A stretch of DNA of 64,000 bases from contig OZ296649.1 in assembly GCA_965655095.1 (NCBI GenBank), positions 6,944,001-7,008,000 on the forward strand. Reading direction: 5' to 3'. Below the pieces are notes generated by a model. It made no database searches and had not been told where the DNA came from. It worked only from the letters and a program-made list of their open reading frames with translations. Each line of letters starts with the position of its first letter. The stretch's first letter is position 1. Shown piece by piece: positions 41,612 to 53,549 of this stretch. A program made the translations under genes and the position numbers. Origin of the DNA: Haplodiscus bocki (taxonomy: Eukaryota).

Positions 41612-42352
41612 TGCGACAAAGACATGTATAGTACTGATTTAAATTAATTGAACTCCTGGACAAAAATTAGCGTTTCCGAAGCCCAAAATCTAAAAAGCTA
41701 GAACGTTTTTGAGAAAGTAGTAGGCAAGAGTTTCTCGGATTGGTGCATTTGTGATGAGAATACAGAGTTTTTTATATTTGATGATAATCGGACGAATATT
41801 CAAACAATTAGACCCCCATTTTCGGTCTTTTTTCACCATTTCTTCACTCTTTCCATTCTCTCAGTGGTTAAATCAAATTGATTTGTAGATGTTCTGATTA
41901 ATTGGGTCTTCAATCAGTCCCCCGAGGGCATGGTATTGAACTTTTGGTGAAATCATTTTCCGTTTTTAGAAATTTCGTGGTTTTCAGGTGCCGGAAATGC
42001 GATTTACGTGTATTCAGATAGGGTATAGCGATTTCACTTCCCTCAATGATCGGGAACTTTTCAAGTAAATAATTTGAGAAATTAATTTTTTAAGACCAGA
42101 TTCAAAGCTACAAACTGTATCAGGAACTTCTTCTGTATCTTTTGTAGGTGATAAGATTTTTGGGAAAACATCAAATTTGGACAAAATGAAGCTGGTCTTA
42201 ACTTTTAAAGGAGTGGTCTAATTTTAAAACAACAACAAATAAAATTTTATGAAAAATTTGAGAAATTTATGTTATTTGAGAAATTGGACGCTAAAATTTT
42301 GTAGTTTTTGCTCAGGAGTGCACTTCATTAAAATCAGTATTGTTTGTCACCC
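41612..42352. mobile_element. Degenerate TIR element (MITE-like)
   Basis: Left tactgatttaaattaattgaactcctggacaaaaa..ttagcgt is an imperfect reverse complement of right acgctaa..tttttgctcaggagtgcacttcattaaaatcagta. Confidence 0.4.
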
Positions 42353-45300
42353 TCATTAATTTTTAGTACAGCAGATCGATTTTCTTTTCCGCCGCCCGCG
42401 GTTAATGTCCCCGCAGTTACTACAACCCCGCAGTCGAAGCTGTAGTTACTACTACCAGTTTATTCACTGAATTCGCCTTTTGCGAAGCAGATTATGCACA
42501 AATCTCAAGTACCTTCCAAAAAGCTTACTGCTTTTGACCTACTTAATATAAGCACACAGAAACTTGAACCAAACTGCTTAGCTGAGCATCAGCTACGGGT
42601 GGGAAATGATAATTTTGTTTGTAGGGCGGGGTGGTTGGGACATAACGGAAAAGAACCCAATTCTGACTCACTGAAACACAGCAAATAAGTGTCAGAAATT
42701 CATTCACAAAAACTGATGATCCAAACACTGGACGATAAGCAGGGGGCGGATTATCGGTGAAATAAAAAATGCAAAGTTTTTACTATTTTAGTTGCTAAAA
42801 CCAAGCATTGTACGTGCTAAAAACTTTAAAGTAGGTGCTATTTTACGTTGAATCTGTTCTGGAAGCCTTTTTGGAAAGCAGGTCTAATTGAACAACAGAC
42901 CCCCTTTATGTGATTAATTGCACAATCCCCACCCGGACTGTATTAGTCATGTGTAGCTGATGGGTATTGAAACCGGTGATTTCAGCACCACAACATCCTC
43001 CGTATTCATGCCCTCGCTACTCTTGGGGATACTTACTTGGCGTCAGTAAGAAACAACTGCTTCTCTTAGTTTAGTAACCCTGATACGAATGGCAATTTCT
43101 CAAGTATTGATTACTTATAGTGACCTAGTGAACAATCTCTCCCTAGCAATTTAGAGGGTTGATTGGTTACTCAGTCCGAAAAACAAAATGGTTTTAATGC
43201 CCAATTTTTTTTACTACTTTTCTGTTTTTTGTTTCTCATTTTAGAAAAAACTCTTAAGAGAAAGTGTCGCAATTGATTCATTCTGCTAATGTTTTCATAA
43301 ATACGTCTGAAATTTCCTTAAATTTGACCGTATTAGGTGCTGATGAAGGACTTTCTCCGAAGTAGGTGTTTTGTATTTGAAATGGGGAAAATCGTAACTA
43401 TTGCGTGTTTTTTGGTGATAGAACCAAAACCCGCCCCGTGCCGATTAAAAAATTCGCAGAATCATCGAAATTGATTCATACAGCTTTGGTTTATTGGAGT
43501 TTGTCATGAATAGTATGGGTAGGAACAAACAACGTGCTTGGCATCTGAATGGAGAACTGCCGCTGATTTTGTGTCACGCTTCTGGGATTAGGTTTTATGC
43601 CTGTCTTTATTAAATTTTCATTAGCTGCTGTTGATGTTTTGTGTGCTTGACAATAGATTAGAATTGGGGAATCGATGAACGTGGTAATTGTCTTCATAAC
43701 GATATAAGGCGAAATTATTTCTTGAAAAAGTGTTCATGAAGTATCCAAGTGCAAGTTCGTACCATATTACTTTTTCATCCCCTTCCCCTCCCTCGCCGTT
43801 CAATCAGTGATTGACTTTATTTGATCCTAATAGAAAATGATGTGCACTAAAATATCCATACCCTTCCTTTTTTTATTAGACCTCAAAGCTTCGTGTCATG
43901 ATCGCTATTCAATTGTGGTAGGTTTCCTCTCAGAAAATAATTATTTCAATTAACTATTTGCAATTACGGAAAATAATCGGCAATTATTTGAATCATTTGT
44001 CTTTTGCCCCCATTCGGCAATTCCTTGTTGATATAAAACCTCGGAATGAAATTTTAATTTAAAAAGGCAACAAGTCTCTCTTATTTCATTGTTCTTGAGT
44101 CATGTTTGCCAAATGAAATGCAATGCCAACATTTTGAACTCAGCTCACTTTCGGTTTTGAAACTCCTGAAAAACATTGAGAAATCCTTTCAATTTTTTGC
44201 TGATGACGTGACTCTTGATTATATGCCTGGCTGTTCAGCGCTCTTATCATTTGCGAAGCTTCGGTGTCGTCTCTTTCAGGTCTGTGCATGTTGCGTCTTC
44301 AAACAGTATTTCTCCGGAAAACTAAGCTAAAATGTTCAATGCTGGCATTGTTCAAGGTCCTTTAAACATCTATAACCTCATTTTAGTTTTTCGAGTGACA
44401 GTAACTTTGTTTCACAATTGGATTGTCATTATGTAGTAAGTGCTCTTGGTTACCAATAAAAATTGGAAAGTGAAGAGGGTTGTTTTGGATTTGTGGGAGA
44501 CGTTGTTGTTCAGGAGTAATGTAGAGAAGCACTTCGGGACTGGTGGCGTTGTTGATGGTCCCCGAGAGCAGAGGAGAGTTGACATGCTTGGACTTGAGGG
44601 CAATTCTTGAGATGAATCGGAAGAAAATCTGAAGGGGATTTGCTAGAAACTAGCGGTTGAGAAAAGTCACATTTTAAACGTACACGAGTAAGCCAGGATG
44701 AGCAAGATAAAGCAAAGGAAGTAAGATGGGAATTTTTGCATGTAATGTTCAGGAAAGTGGAAAAATTGTTGTTCGCTGAGAATAATAACGAACTCCCACA
44801 TTTTACCAGGGATGGCCGGCGACCCACTTCCTGATCGAGGAGGATAAACAGCGTTGTTTTTGGAGCAAAGGATCGGCACACGAATGACTGTTCCAACTGC
44901 ATATATCACAGCAATTGAGCTTTTCCAAACAATATGATCTTTTGTTCAAATCCAAAACTAACTGTACATACAAACAATTAGACGAATAATCAAAGTAAGT
45001 AAAAATGGGTAACTGATATGCTGAAGCGGTTTTTTTATAAAATGAAAAACCAGGAGAAAATGATCTGCAACTTTGAAAACAGTTTTATAATGGCTTGTTC
45101 GTGTGTGTATTGTTGTTGTTTTTCAATGCTTAGTTCCTATTTGCGGGAAAGTAACCTATTATTGTTTTTGGCCTGCTTTATTCGCCCTGCGGAGCTCTGC
45201 CTGAAGGAATTGTTGGGATAGACTGATGTTTTTAATCCATGAAGAAAGGAGAAGTGAGACGAGTAGTTTTGGTGGTAGACTAGGTTTATTGGGATAGACT

Positions 45301-45809
45301 TCCTTTTTTTATGATGAAAGCGTTGCTTACTGATTTCGTTGGGGAACATTCAAACATCAGGTAGTCAGTCCCACGTTTCGAAATCAGTTTGACAACCAAA
45401 GCTTAAGGGGTGTATTGTCGACCGCTTGTTCCATTTTTCTTGTTTTTCGGAATACGAGTTAAAGATAAAACAGTGCACATGATTTTTGTCGAGAAGTTGT
45501 AGTTTTCTGTTTTTTCATAGGTTTGAAGGTGTTATCTGGTATGTTTGATATAATAACTGTCATTGCGATCATTCCCATTCTATAAAAAGGCGGCATTGGA
45601 CTTCTAGACGAATATGGTTAAAATTGGCTCTGAAAACATTTTATTTGTTTAGACGGTGCATATGTTCGTTGAATTTTTTTGACGTTCTCAATTTTGGAAT
45701 GAAGAACTTTTGGGTTGAAAGCGATGAATTTCAGAAAAAATATTTTATTTGACAATGGTTATTTTGTATTATCTGTGAGATTAGCCACGCCTTTGTATAT
45801 TGGTAACAA

Positions 45810-46215
45810 GACGGCCGGCTACCACCGGCATATTTTTCGCCTTTCCGTTTTTTTAAAGATGGCTTTAAAAAAGATGAAAACGTTTTTTTTTTCGAAAAGA
45901 CACTCCGTATTGATCATATTTCCTAGTTTATCTAATTTTTTTGCCAAAAAACATAATTAAGGCGGAAAAGACATTTTCAAGAAAAAATAGCATTTGATAC
46001 GCATTCTACAGCAAATGTGGCACCTGTAGCTATTTTCGAAAACCCTATCTATTTTTCAAAAAAAAAGCAAATTTTAAAGGTTTTGAGTAAACTTACTAAT
46101 TCAGTTGCATTCTACGACAAATGTGCTACAATTTGGTGAAAACTTCCCTTTGAATGGATGATTTTCCTCCTTTGTTATAAATATGGTGGAAAATAATAAA
46201 AGAGTTTTAATAAAT
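45810..46215. repeat. Dispersed repeat copy (family shared with 1130-1570)
   Basis: Same collinear blocks and orientation as 1130-1570. Confidence 0.7.
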
Positions 46216-47806
46216 CCATAGGATATTCACTTTTCCATCTTTTTTCTTCTTCGGCAATTTTTTAGTGAAGATAAAGTGCTTGTAATGGAACATTATCTTG
46301 AAAATGATGAACTTTTCTATGAGATCTTGTTTTTAGAATATATTTCTCGGCTGAGAGAATTGTGTTTTTTAACTTTTGTTTGTTTGATTAATTCAATTGA
46401 TCAGGTCCAAACAATATTTTACTTCAACATTCTTCTGCTTTTCTTAGATTAAGCCGTTTTTTAGAAATCATTGGTTATGATGAGCAAGTTCCGGTGAGAT
46501 ATGATATAGACAGATGGTGACATCATTGTCATACGCAATTCAATTCGTATGGTGTTTTGTTTTCATATGTTCTCTTTTAGGAGACCTTGCAAGAGAAGTT
46601 TGAGGCAGATCCTAAAAATGAAAGCAGTTAGTGCGCATTTTTGGGGAACACTTTTCAAGTTCAAATTTTGGCGAGATACCAGATTTCCTTCTGATGAATG
46701 CGGCGATATTATACTCGGTAAGAAGTATGAGTTTTTTCTACAGATTCTTTTACAGACGTTTCCTGTGCATCTTTTGAATTCTTCGTATTGCCTAATTCAT
46801 GTTTCGGTTTGAAAGATGGAATTTTTGTTGACGACCTGTCAAAATATCGACTCTGGGTTTTACTGTTTGTTGGGACTTGTGAAAGAAATTTTGATCCATG
46901 TTGATTGGGCTGATTGGGCGATTTTCCATACCTTTCTTATTCATTCCCAATAGACTGATTTCAAGAGAAGAGAAACTTGTTTTCGTAGTATATGTTCTTA
47001 CCTAAATCAGTGAGGCGTGGGATCAAAAAGATCTTGCTTATTAGATGTAATTTTGAACTAATGAGATCTTGGTTGGGCAAGTTTTCAGTTTATGCCCTTT
47101 ACCACCTAGTGTAAAAAATTTTCAACTTTGGAACTGCGCATATATATTGGAATTCTGTGACAATTATATCACATATTTTCAAGTTTGTAGTGCTTAATAG
47201 AACTCAAAATTTACCTTTTTTCAAATCGGTAACGAAACACTACAAAACTGCAAAAAAGCAAAACAAAAAACTAAAAATGCTGCTTCCGTTCCTTTTTGGT
47301 CTTTGAAAAGAACTGGCAGCTCAGTTGCAATTACAGGATTTTAGAGGAAAGTAGACTGCACAGCAGCCACTGTTTACGGTACCGTTTAGAAAGAGGATTT
47401 TGTGCGGTAAAACTGGCTTCAGTTATGTAGCACTGGTTCGGGAATTCTTGGCTGCTACGGACAGCGGATCAATCTAGGCTTCGATGGGGACCACTTGAAT
47501 TTCATGCACCTGCACGAAACTCGTTTTCCAATTTTGACGGTTTAGGCCATCCAATAACTCGTAATCTACTGGGGCAGTTTGCAGTTGTCTCAATTTCTTC
47601 GTCAAGTTCATTGATGTGTTCAGGAAATTGTCTTACAAACTTTCATAATTCCATCTGAATCAAGCCGTAGGCCTCCTGCGGTCGATTTGTGTAATGATTC
47701 AAGGTTACCATATTTGCAAACCTAAGCCAAGGAGAAAACGATTTTTGGTGAGAAGTTCGTTCTCGTGCTAGCTCCGGACATTGAACCAGAGCCCTCAAGC
47801 CCCATT

Positions 47807-47973
47807 NNNNNNNNNNNNNNNNNNNNNNNNNNNNNNNNNNNNNNNNNNNNNNNNNNNNNNNNNNNNNNNNNNNNNNNNNNNNNNNNNNNNNNNNNNNNNN
47901 NNNNNNNNNNNNNNNNNNNNNNNNNNNNNNNNNNNNNNNNNNNNNNNNNNNNNNNNNNNNNNNNNNNNNNNNN
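47807..47973. other. Assembly gap (167 N)
   Basis: Run of N. Confidence 1.
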
Positions 47974-49605
47974 CCTTAGAAGATTTTCTGCCACAGACTT
48001 CCCCTCCACAGAGATCTACTGTTGCTATTAAATATTTGAGGGCAATCCATTTGTTGGAAAAGTGAACTTGATATCGGTTTTGTTTTCTTCAAATATCGGA
48101 AGTTCATTGAGGGACGGTGAACAAGCCTCACTAGTAGCAATCACTGAATTTTGCGAATCTGTCATCCTTCCTTTTATTCTTGACACAATAATAGCCACAA
48201 TTTTTCCAGAGTGCACCTCCCTCCAACATCGAGTCAAAACTTTACTTTCTTTTCCATTTGATATGAAAAGAGCAATGACTCGTTTTGACTTGGGGTCCTG
48301 AAGATGAAGTAGCGATCATATTTCTTCTCCAGTCTTTTTTGAAGGGCTTTGTTTTTTGCGTAGATGTGGACTACCGATACTTCTGGGGCTCCATTGGGCG
48401 CTTAAAGTGCCATTCCACCAGGTAATTTTTTGTCCTGACAATCATTACCCGAATACAAGTCAAAGAACGTAATTTCTTCGTAATTTTGAGCCAACGTACT
48501 GGCGGCAAGGGGATGGAGTGAGCTTGGAAGCGCTGTGTTCATGGTTGTTTCTAAGTTTCTTCAAAGGTCAATTGTTGATTTGCCCTGCGATTTTTCTGCA
48601 AGGGTTCATATGCTAATGGTTCGTAACAAGGTAGACTAAGGTGGATATTGCGGTTATAGGAAACGCTATGGAATTAATCGTGAACAAAATTTTTCTTACT
48701 GTTTTCATTTCACCTTGGGGCGGAAGAATTGGTTCAAAGTCTTATGAATCTGGTTGGAAAATTCTAAAGTTGCTTTTGTCGATGGAATGAGCAGCAGTTT
48801 GTATAAATTGCAGGCCTTCATGGCAAAGTTGTCCGGAGACTCCATCAGAGAAGTTTTCTCTTACACAAAAGTGTTTCGAAATTCCATTGAGTTGATAATT
48901 TCTGAAGCTTCTGAGCAGAACGAATTGAAAACCTTCTCATTGGAGAAACGCGATTGAAGCAAAATGAAAATCTTATCACAGTTTTTACCAATTATCAAGT
49001 TATACAATTAGTTTGTAAAGAAGTAATGTTAGTGAAGTAGTCAGTACTGTATAAAAATGAAAAGGCCAACACCTGATCATCAGCAAAGCATTTCAAGGGA
49101 TTTGTCCATTTCATTGACGTTTGTCGCCCTTGAAAATATCACCATCAAGGTGAAAATTCAATTGAGCTGAGTTAATTTCTTGAATGGCCAATGAAAGAAG
49201 CCCGAACATCGCCTGTTCAGATAAATGCAAGCGCGAAAAGATTGCAAAACAGACTCTTCAGATGACAGAACTCGGAAATAATTTTGCAGAATAAGTGTCA
49301 GGCTTACGCTTTTCATAGCCCATTCAAACGAGATGGATTTCGAACAAAACATTCAATAACCGAGCAATCATCACAACCTGTGGAGAAGCAGAATAAATTA
49401 CGACGGGTGAGTTTCAATTATTTCTCATCAGCGTTTTGCCAAGCTTCCTTTTATAACTCAATTTTTATTTACGTTAACAGCGATATCCATTTGGTCAGAA
49501 GGGAGCAAGCAATTTTTATTTCAGATGAGCACACGTTCATTGTCGAAGTAGAGCTGTGTCTTTGTCCTTTTTGAGCGATTTTCTTTTCTTGGTGGATGTT
49601 GCATT

Positions 49606-51288
49606 TGTGACGTGTGGTGTGGTTAAGTTTTATTTTCGAATGACTCGTTTATATTACTTTGAGTAGTGATGGTTGAATACCATCATCTCTCAACTATATA
49701 ATAAAGAAATCGCTCTACACTGTTTGGTATAAATGCGCAGTGTCCAGATCACAATCAGGCATTAGTCCGTACTGCAGACCTTCCAGGTCCTACTTGGTTC
49801 GAGACAGGGGGATGCTACACTGGTTCCTTACCACTACTGGGCTCACGGCTTTCAATCAGCCACTGGCGGACCAGGACCTAAGCGGGCTTCTATTTATATT
49901 GGTCCTCCCAATATGGAGCAATTTCAATAATAACTAATATTAACTCAAGGCAAACGAATTGTTTCTTGGTTCTTCGATTCTTTCAAAAATCTGATTTCTA
50001 TAACTTCTATTAATGGTGGAGGTGGTTCTTGTCCTGACTTTCTTCTATCTCTTCAAAGTTTAACAAGCTCTGAACAAATTTCATCTTTCTTAATTTTCTT
50101 TCGAATGCGTGATTCAGGTTCTCGTCACGTATATAATTTGTTAGTAGTAAGTCTGGGATTACTCTACTACTATTGAATTGAAAAAGTAGTTTTAACTACT
50201 TTGGGATTACTAAAAGTTTGGTCTGTTTACAGCTTGCTATGATAAAAGTGAAAGAAATAAAATTATGAAGTTGATTGAATATTTTCTTTTTGGTTAAGAT
50301 ACTATTTAACAAACTTTCTGATTTACAATGAATGAAATTTATTATATAACAAAGATCAGAACTCACGACATATTGGTTCGAATACTGGTGTAGTTGATCG
50401 ATGAAGTCTTCATGGGGTGGTCTTTGAATACGGAGGTTGTTTATCAAGATTTGAAGGGTTATGAAATCGAAATTGTGGAAAGAGTACAAAATTCGCAAAA
50501 GAAATTCTAAAGTTTACGAGTTGAACGTCGAACGTTCAAAATTTTCAAAATTTACAAAGACGTCTAACGTCAAAAAGAAAAAGCTCAAAATTTGAAAAAT
50601 GCAAAATTGCAGTTACGTTTTTTTCAAGAATAAAGAATGGGTCACTGAAAAAAGAGTTTTTGGCGACTCTGCCTTTTGTACTCAGCTTGACATGCTCAGC
50701 TTTATTTTGCTGGTCATCGTCTGGTGCATGATCTGCTTTTCATGCTTCAAGGTTGACTATTTTTGGGATCGTTTGTCAGGGAGTCGTCCCAAAGTTACTA
50801 TTTTTATTTCAACTGCTATAAGTTTGAAGCGTGGACGAAATTTTGTAGTTGGCTTCAAATGAAATAATTTCTGATCACAAAAGCAGTTGATAGTTACTAT
50901 TTCTGTAAGTAACTAAAATTTGATGGCTGCTAAATTTAGTCATCAACTGGTGCATTTTGATGACGTTCATTGTTGAGTTGGCGGCCAGATTTGATGACGT
51001 TCGTTGTTTTGAATTGTGGCGGTCATCTCCACAACAGAAGCTGTTTCGTCAGGAGAATAATTTTAGATAGTCTTCTGAAGTGGCTGGCGTGATGAGATGT
51101 TGCCATCAATAGCGACGTGATCAAATATTTTATATAAAGCACCGGATAAGTGAGTTCTTTAATTATAAAAAGCATCGAATAAGTGGTTAAAATATGCGCG
51201 TAGAAAATTCAAGTTAAGTCATGTTTAAGTTTAACGTTGTTTAATAATTCTGCATTCTTCATATTTGCTGGCTCTTGGCCTTGTCATA
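49606..51288 (-). repeat. Putative 3' LTR (~1.68 kb)
   Basis: On - strand starts TATGACA (TGTGAC-like) 3 nt after a PPT and ends CGTCACA; contains TATAAATAG (~49890-49898) and AATAAA (~49628-49633) near the end. No second LTR in the window to confirm. Confidence 0.6.
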
Positions 51289-51291
51289 ATG

Positions 51292-51320
51292 CTTTCCTTT
51301 TTGGAGTTTGTGTCCCACAA
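51292..51320 (-). promoter_or_regulatory. Polypurine tract AAAAAGGAAAG with upstream TTTGTG-GGA-CACAAA hairpin
   Basis: Lies between the last accessory ORF stop (51322) and the LTR-like start (51288), the expected position of a Gypsy PPT. Confidence 0.65.
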
Positions 51321-51321
51321 A

Positions 51322-51708
51322 CTAGTGCTGTTCAATATGGAAGTCACCCAAACAATAGGGTTGGCCTTTGGTGTATGCGTCCACAGCGTGAGGTCCACAA
51401 CAATGGAAAATAGCGCGAGCCAAGGGGTCATCGGTAGCAACAGGTTGTGGATCAGTCTGCGTGGATTGATTGGCCATTCGGGACGGACTGATGAATAGTT
51501 GTGATGGTGTCCTGAGGAAACTTCGATACGTGGTATGATTTGTTCGTTTGAGGACGACCGGGCCAGGTGGAGATGTAATCTTAAGTATCCGGTATTGATT
51601 GTTATCAAGGAGGTGGACCACATCTCCAACGCGAACATTGTGAGTTCGCCCATCACATGTTGTCAAAGGAGCAGAAGGAAGATTAAAAAAAAGCAAAGGG
51701 AGACCCAC
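51322..51708 (-). CDS. Accessory ORF D (128 codons): small beta-barrel-like segment, STQTD motif, C-terminal Cys/His cluster
   Basis: VRVGDVVHLLDNNQYRILKI...PVVLKR; NQSTQTDP; FHCCGPH...YCLGDFHIEQH; stop falls just before the PPT. No ATG start. Confidence 0.45.
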   Translation of the reverse strand: MGLPLLFFNLPSAPLTTCDGRTHNVRVGDVVHLLDNNQYRILKITSPPGPVVLKRTNHTTYRSFLRTPSQLFISPSRMANQSTQTDPQPVATDDPLARAIFHCCGPHAVDAYTKGQPYCLGDFHIEQH

Positions 51709-51867
51709 AACGGTCTCTCAGTGAGGAAGCTGCTAAGCTTGCAAAAAGAGTTCGCGGATGAACTTAATGAATTTGAAAATTAATAATATAAACAATTGAG
51801 TTAGTATTATAATATTGAAGGGCTATAAGAGCCAGTTAGTAAAATAAGAACACATAGTTATCAGTTT

Positions 51868-52301
51868 TCATTCTTCGAGAGGGATGGTTGAAGTTGGAGG
51901 TGAAAGTTGACGGCGACGTCGAACAGGGGGAGTTGGTAAAACTGGTACAGAGGGGTTTGAGGCTGGTTGTAGAATGGAAAGTGGAAGCGCGGAGGCAAGG
52001 ACGCGGAAGTAGAGATCGGGTTGGGCACAAGTGGGGCATTTATTTTATTGATGGGAAAGTAAAAAGTTAAGACAACGGGGACAAGCACGGTGGGGCACAT
52101 GGTTGAGAGTGGAGGATGATGAGCTCGCTGGGAAGAAAGGAGCCGTGGCACACGGGACATTTGTGGTAGAGGGGACCAGGGTGGTTGCAAGGGATTGGGG
52201 TGTCGTCATACAGCCAGGCGTTCTCGGTATCAGCAGGGTTAAAAGGGCGGCGAATGAGGTAGTTGGAGCCATTAGTGTAGGATCGGACTGGTTGTGAATC
52301 G
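51868..52301 (-). pseudogene. Accessory ORF C: RING-like finger (C2H2C4 ligand order) plus Pro/Arg-rich tail; one frameshift, one stop
   Basis: KCPVCHGSFLPSELIILHS/NHVPHRACPRCLNFLLSHQ*NKCPTCAQPDL...PTPPVRRRRQLSPPTSTIPLEE*; halves appear in track ORFs 52067..52327 and 52045..52272. Confidence 0.7.
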
Positions 52302-52461
52302 CTAAAACTCCAAACAGTGAAAGACAATTATTGGTTCAATATGTAAATTCAAATGTGAAACAGCCTTAAAATGCTACTATGTGGAGGAAAATTGTATGTC
52401 GTATAGAACATAAAAGCAAAAGTGGTATAAAAGTAGTTGAGTTTGCAAAAATGATATAATG

Positions 52462-52891
52462 TTAGCCGGGGCGACCATTTGCAGGAGGTACAGGGACGGG
52501 TATTACCCGTTCTTCTCTTTCGACGGCATTTTTTCGAAAGTTAACGGGGTCGCGATACAAATTGAGGAGGGCACGGCGGAGTATTTGATATCGAACACGA
52601 TCCCAGCGATTTAAGTTGGGGAGAGAATCATTATGATACAAAAAAAGAACAAATTCACTCCAGCGAGGATCTTTATAGGGGAAGTGAACTGCGCTTTGAT
52701 CGTTAAGGGTTAGTTGAATAGTGCCCTCCGGAAAGATCATCAGGTGCGTGATCGGGTAACGGATGTCATTGAGCACACAACTCCAAGTGAAGTCCAATGA
52801 GACTGCCTTCCATGCGTGTGAACCGTCACTAAAATTAAAATGGTTTCGAGGGACGCGGCGACGCATCACGAAGAGAGCTTTACGCAAAAAG
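52462..52891 (-). CDS. Accessory ORF B (~135-143 aa), unknown function
   Basis: Open, GC-richer, globular-looking frame MRRRVPRNHFNFSDG...PKDPRWSEFVLFLY-like...PPANGRPG; preceded by CACTGTTTTAG|C. Confidence 0.55.
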
Positions 52892-53043
52892 CTAAAACAG
52901 TGTATATAATGTATTCGCGAGCTATTTAAAGTTATATAAAATATAGTGGATGGATTAACGTAATATAGTGTTTTGAGTTTAACGAATTTCAAGTTTAACG
53001 AATAGCTTATGGAGTTTAGCGAAGGTTTTTTTATAGAAGCCAT

Positions 53044-53401
53044 TACAAAAGGGTCGATGTAAGGGATGGGACGGGAACCACCGCAAGAAGGACAGATGGG
53101 GTTGGTAAGATAGTAGAGGGTGTAGGAGCACGGTTTGCAGACGGGAATAGAATTAGGGCCAGTGAGACAGTTGGGATTAAAGCAATGAGGTACGGCTTAT
53201 TCGAGATTGCATTCTGAACAAAGGGGAATGCCAAGAGCTTGAAACAGATCAACTGGAGAACGGCAAGCAGGGCACGTAGGGGTATTGTACGTGATGAGGG
53301 AGCTACAACAGGAACGGCAGATCCGATGAGGCGCATCATTCGGGGCGTGAAGGGTGACTAGAACGGCTGCGGGCTCCAGGCAGATTAGGCAGTGGGAAGA
53401 G
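53044..53401 (-). pseudogene. Accessory ORF A: two tandem RING-like zinc fingers; one in-frame TAA (53199-53197)
   Basis: Manual translation from 53400: SSHCLICLEPAAVLVTLHAPNDAPHRICRSCCSSLITYNTPTCPACRSPVDLFQALGIPLCSECNLE*AVPHCFNPNCLTGPNSIPVCKPCSYTLYYLTNPICPSCGGSRPIPYIDPFV. Not in the ORF track because it has no start codon. Confidence 0.78.
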
Positions 53402-53549
53402 CTTAAATGGACTAAGCCGATTACAGAAAGAGGGGCACGATAGTGCCAAACAGGGGCTCCGAAGAGGCGTTTACTTTTTGGATACTTACTTATTTTACGT
53501 GGTGAACTTTGTACATTTAAACGCTATGATACATTACTTGGGGCGAAAC

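Noticed and set aside
44460-44930. Purine-rich protein-like stretch on + strand
   Set aside because: Several stops and no recognisable motif.
47722-48065. Track ORFs spanning the gap
   Set aside because: Artefacts of translating N.
47300-49605. Highly decayed older retroelement pol on - strand
   Set aside because: Only vague RT-like spacing; no intact diagnostic motif could be read, and the region is cut by the N gap.
49606-50129. Short 524-bp solo LTR bounded by tgtgacg...cgtcacg
   Set aside because: No TSD and no adjacent PPT; the 51288 boundary has a PPT and fits the element better.
51231-51656. 141-aa hydrophobic ORF as the real product
   Set aside because: Runs through the PPT into the LTR and is the shifted-frame shadow of ORF D.
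53043-53339. 98-aa hydrophobic membrane-protein-like ORF
   Set aside because: Shifted-frame shadow of the RING-RING frame; pyrimidine-rich third positions create false hydrophobicity.
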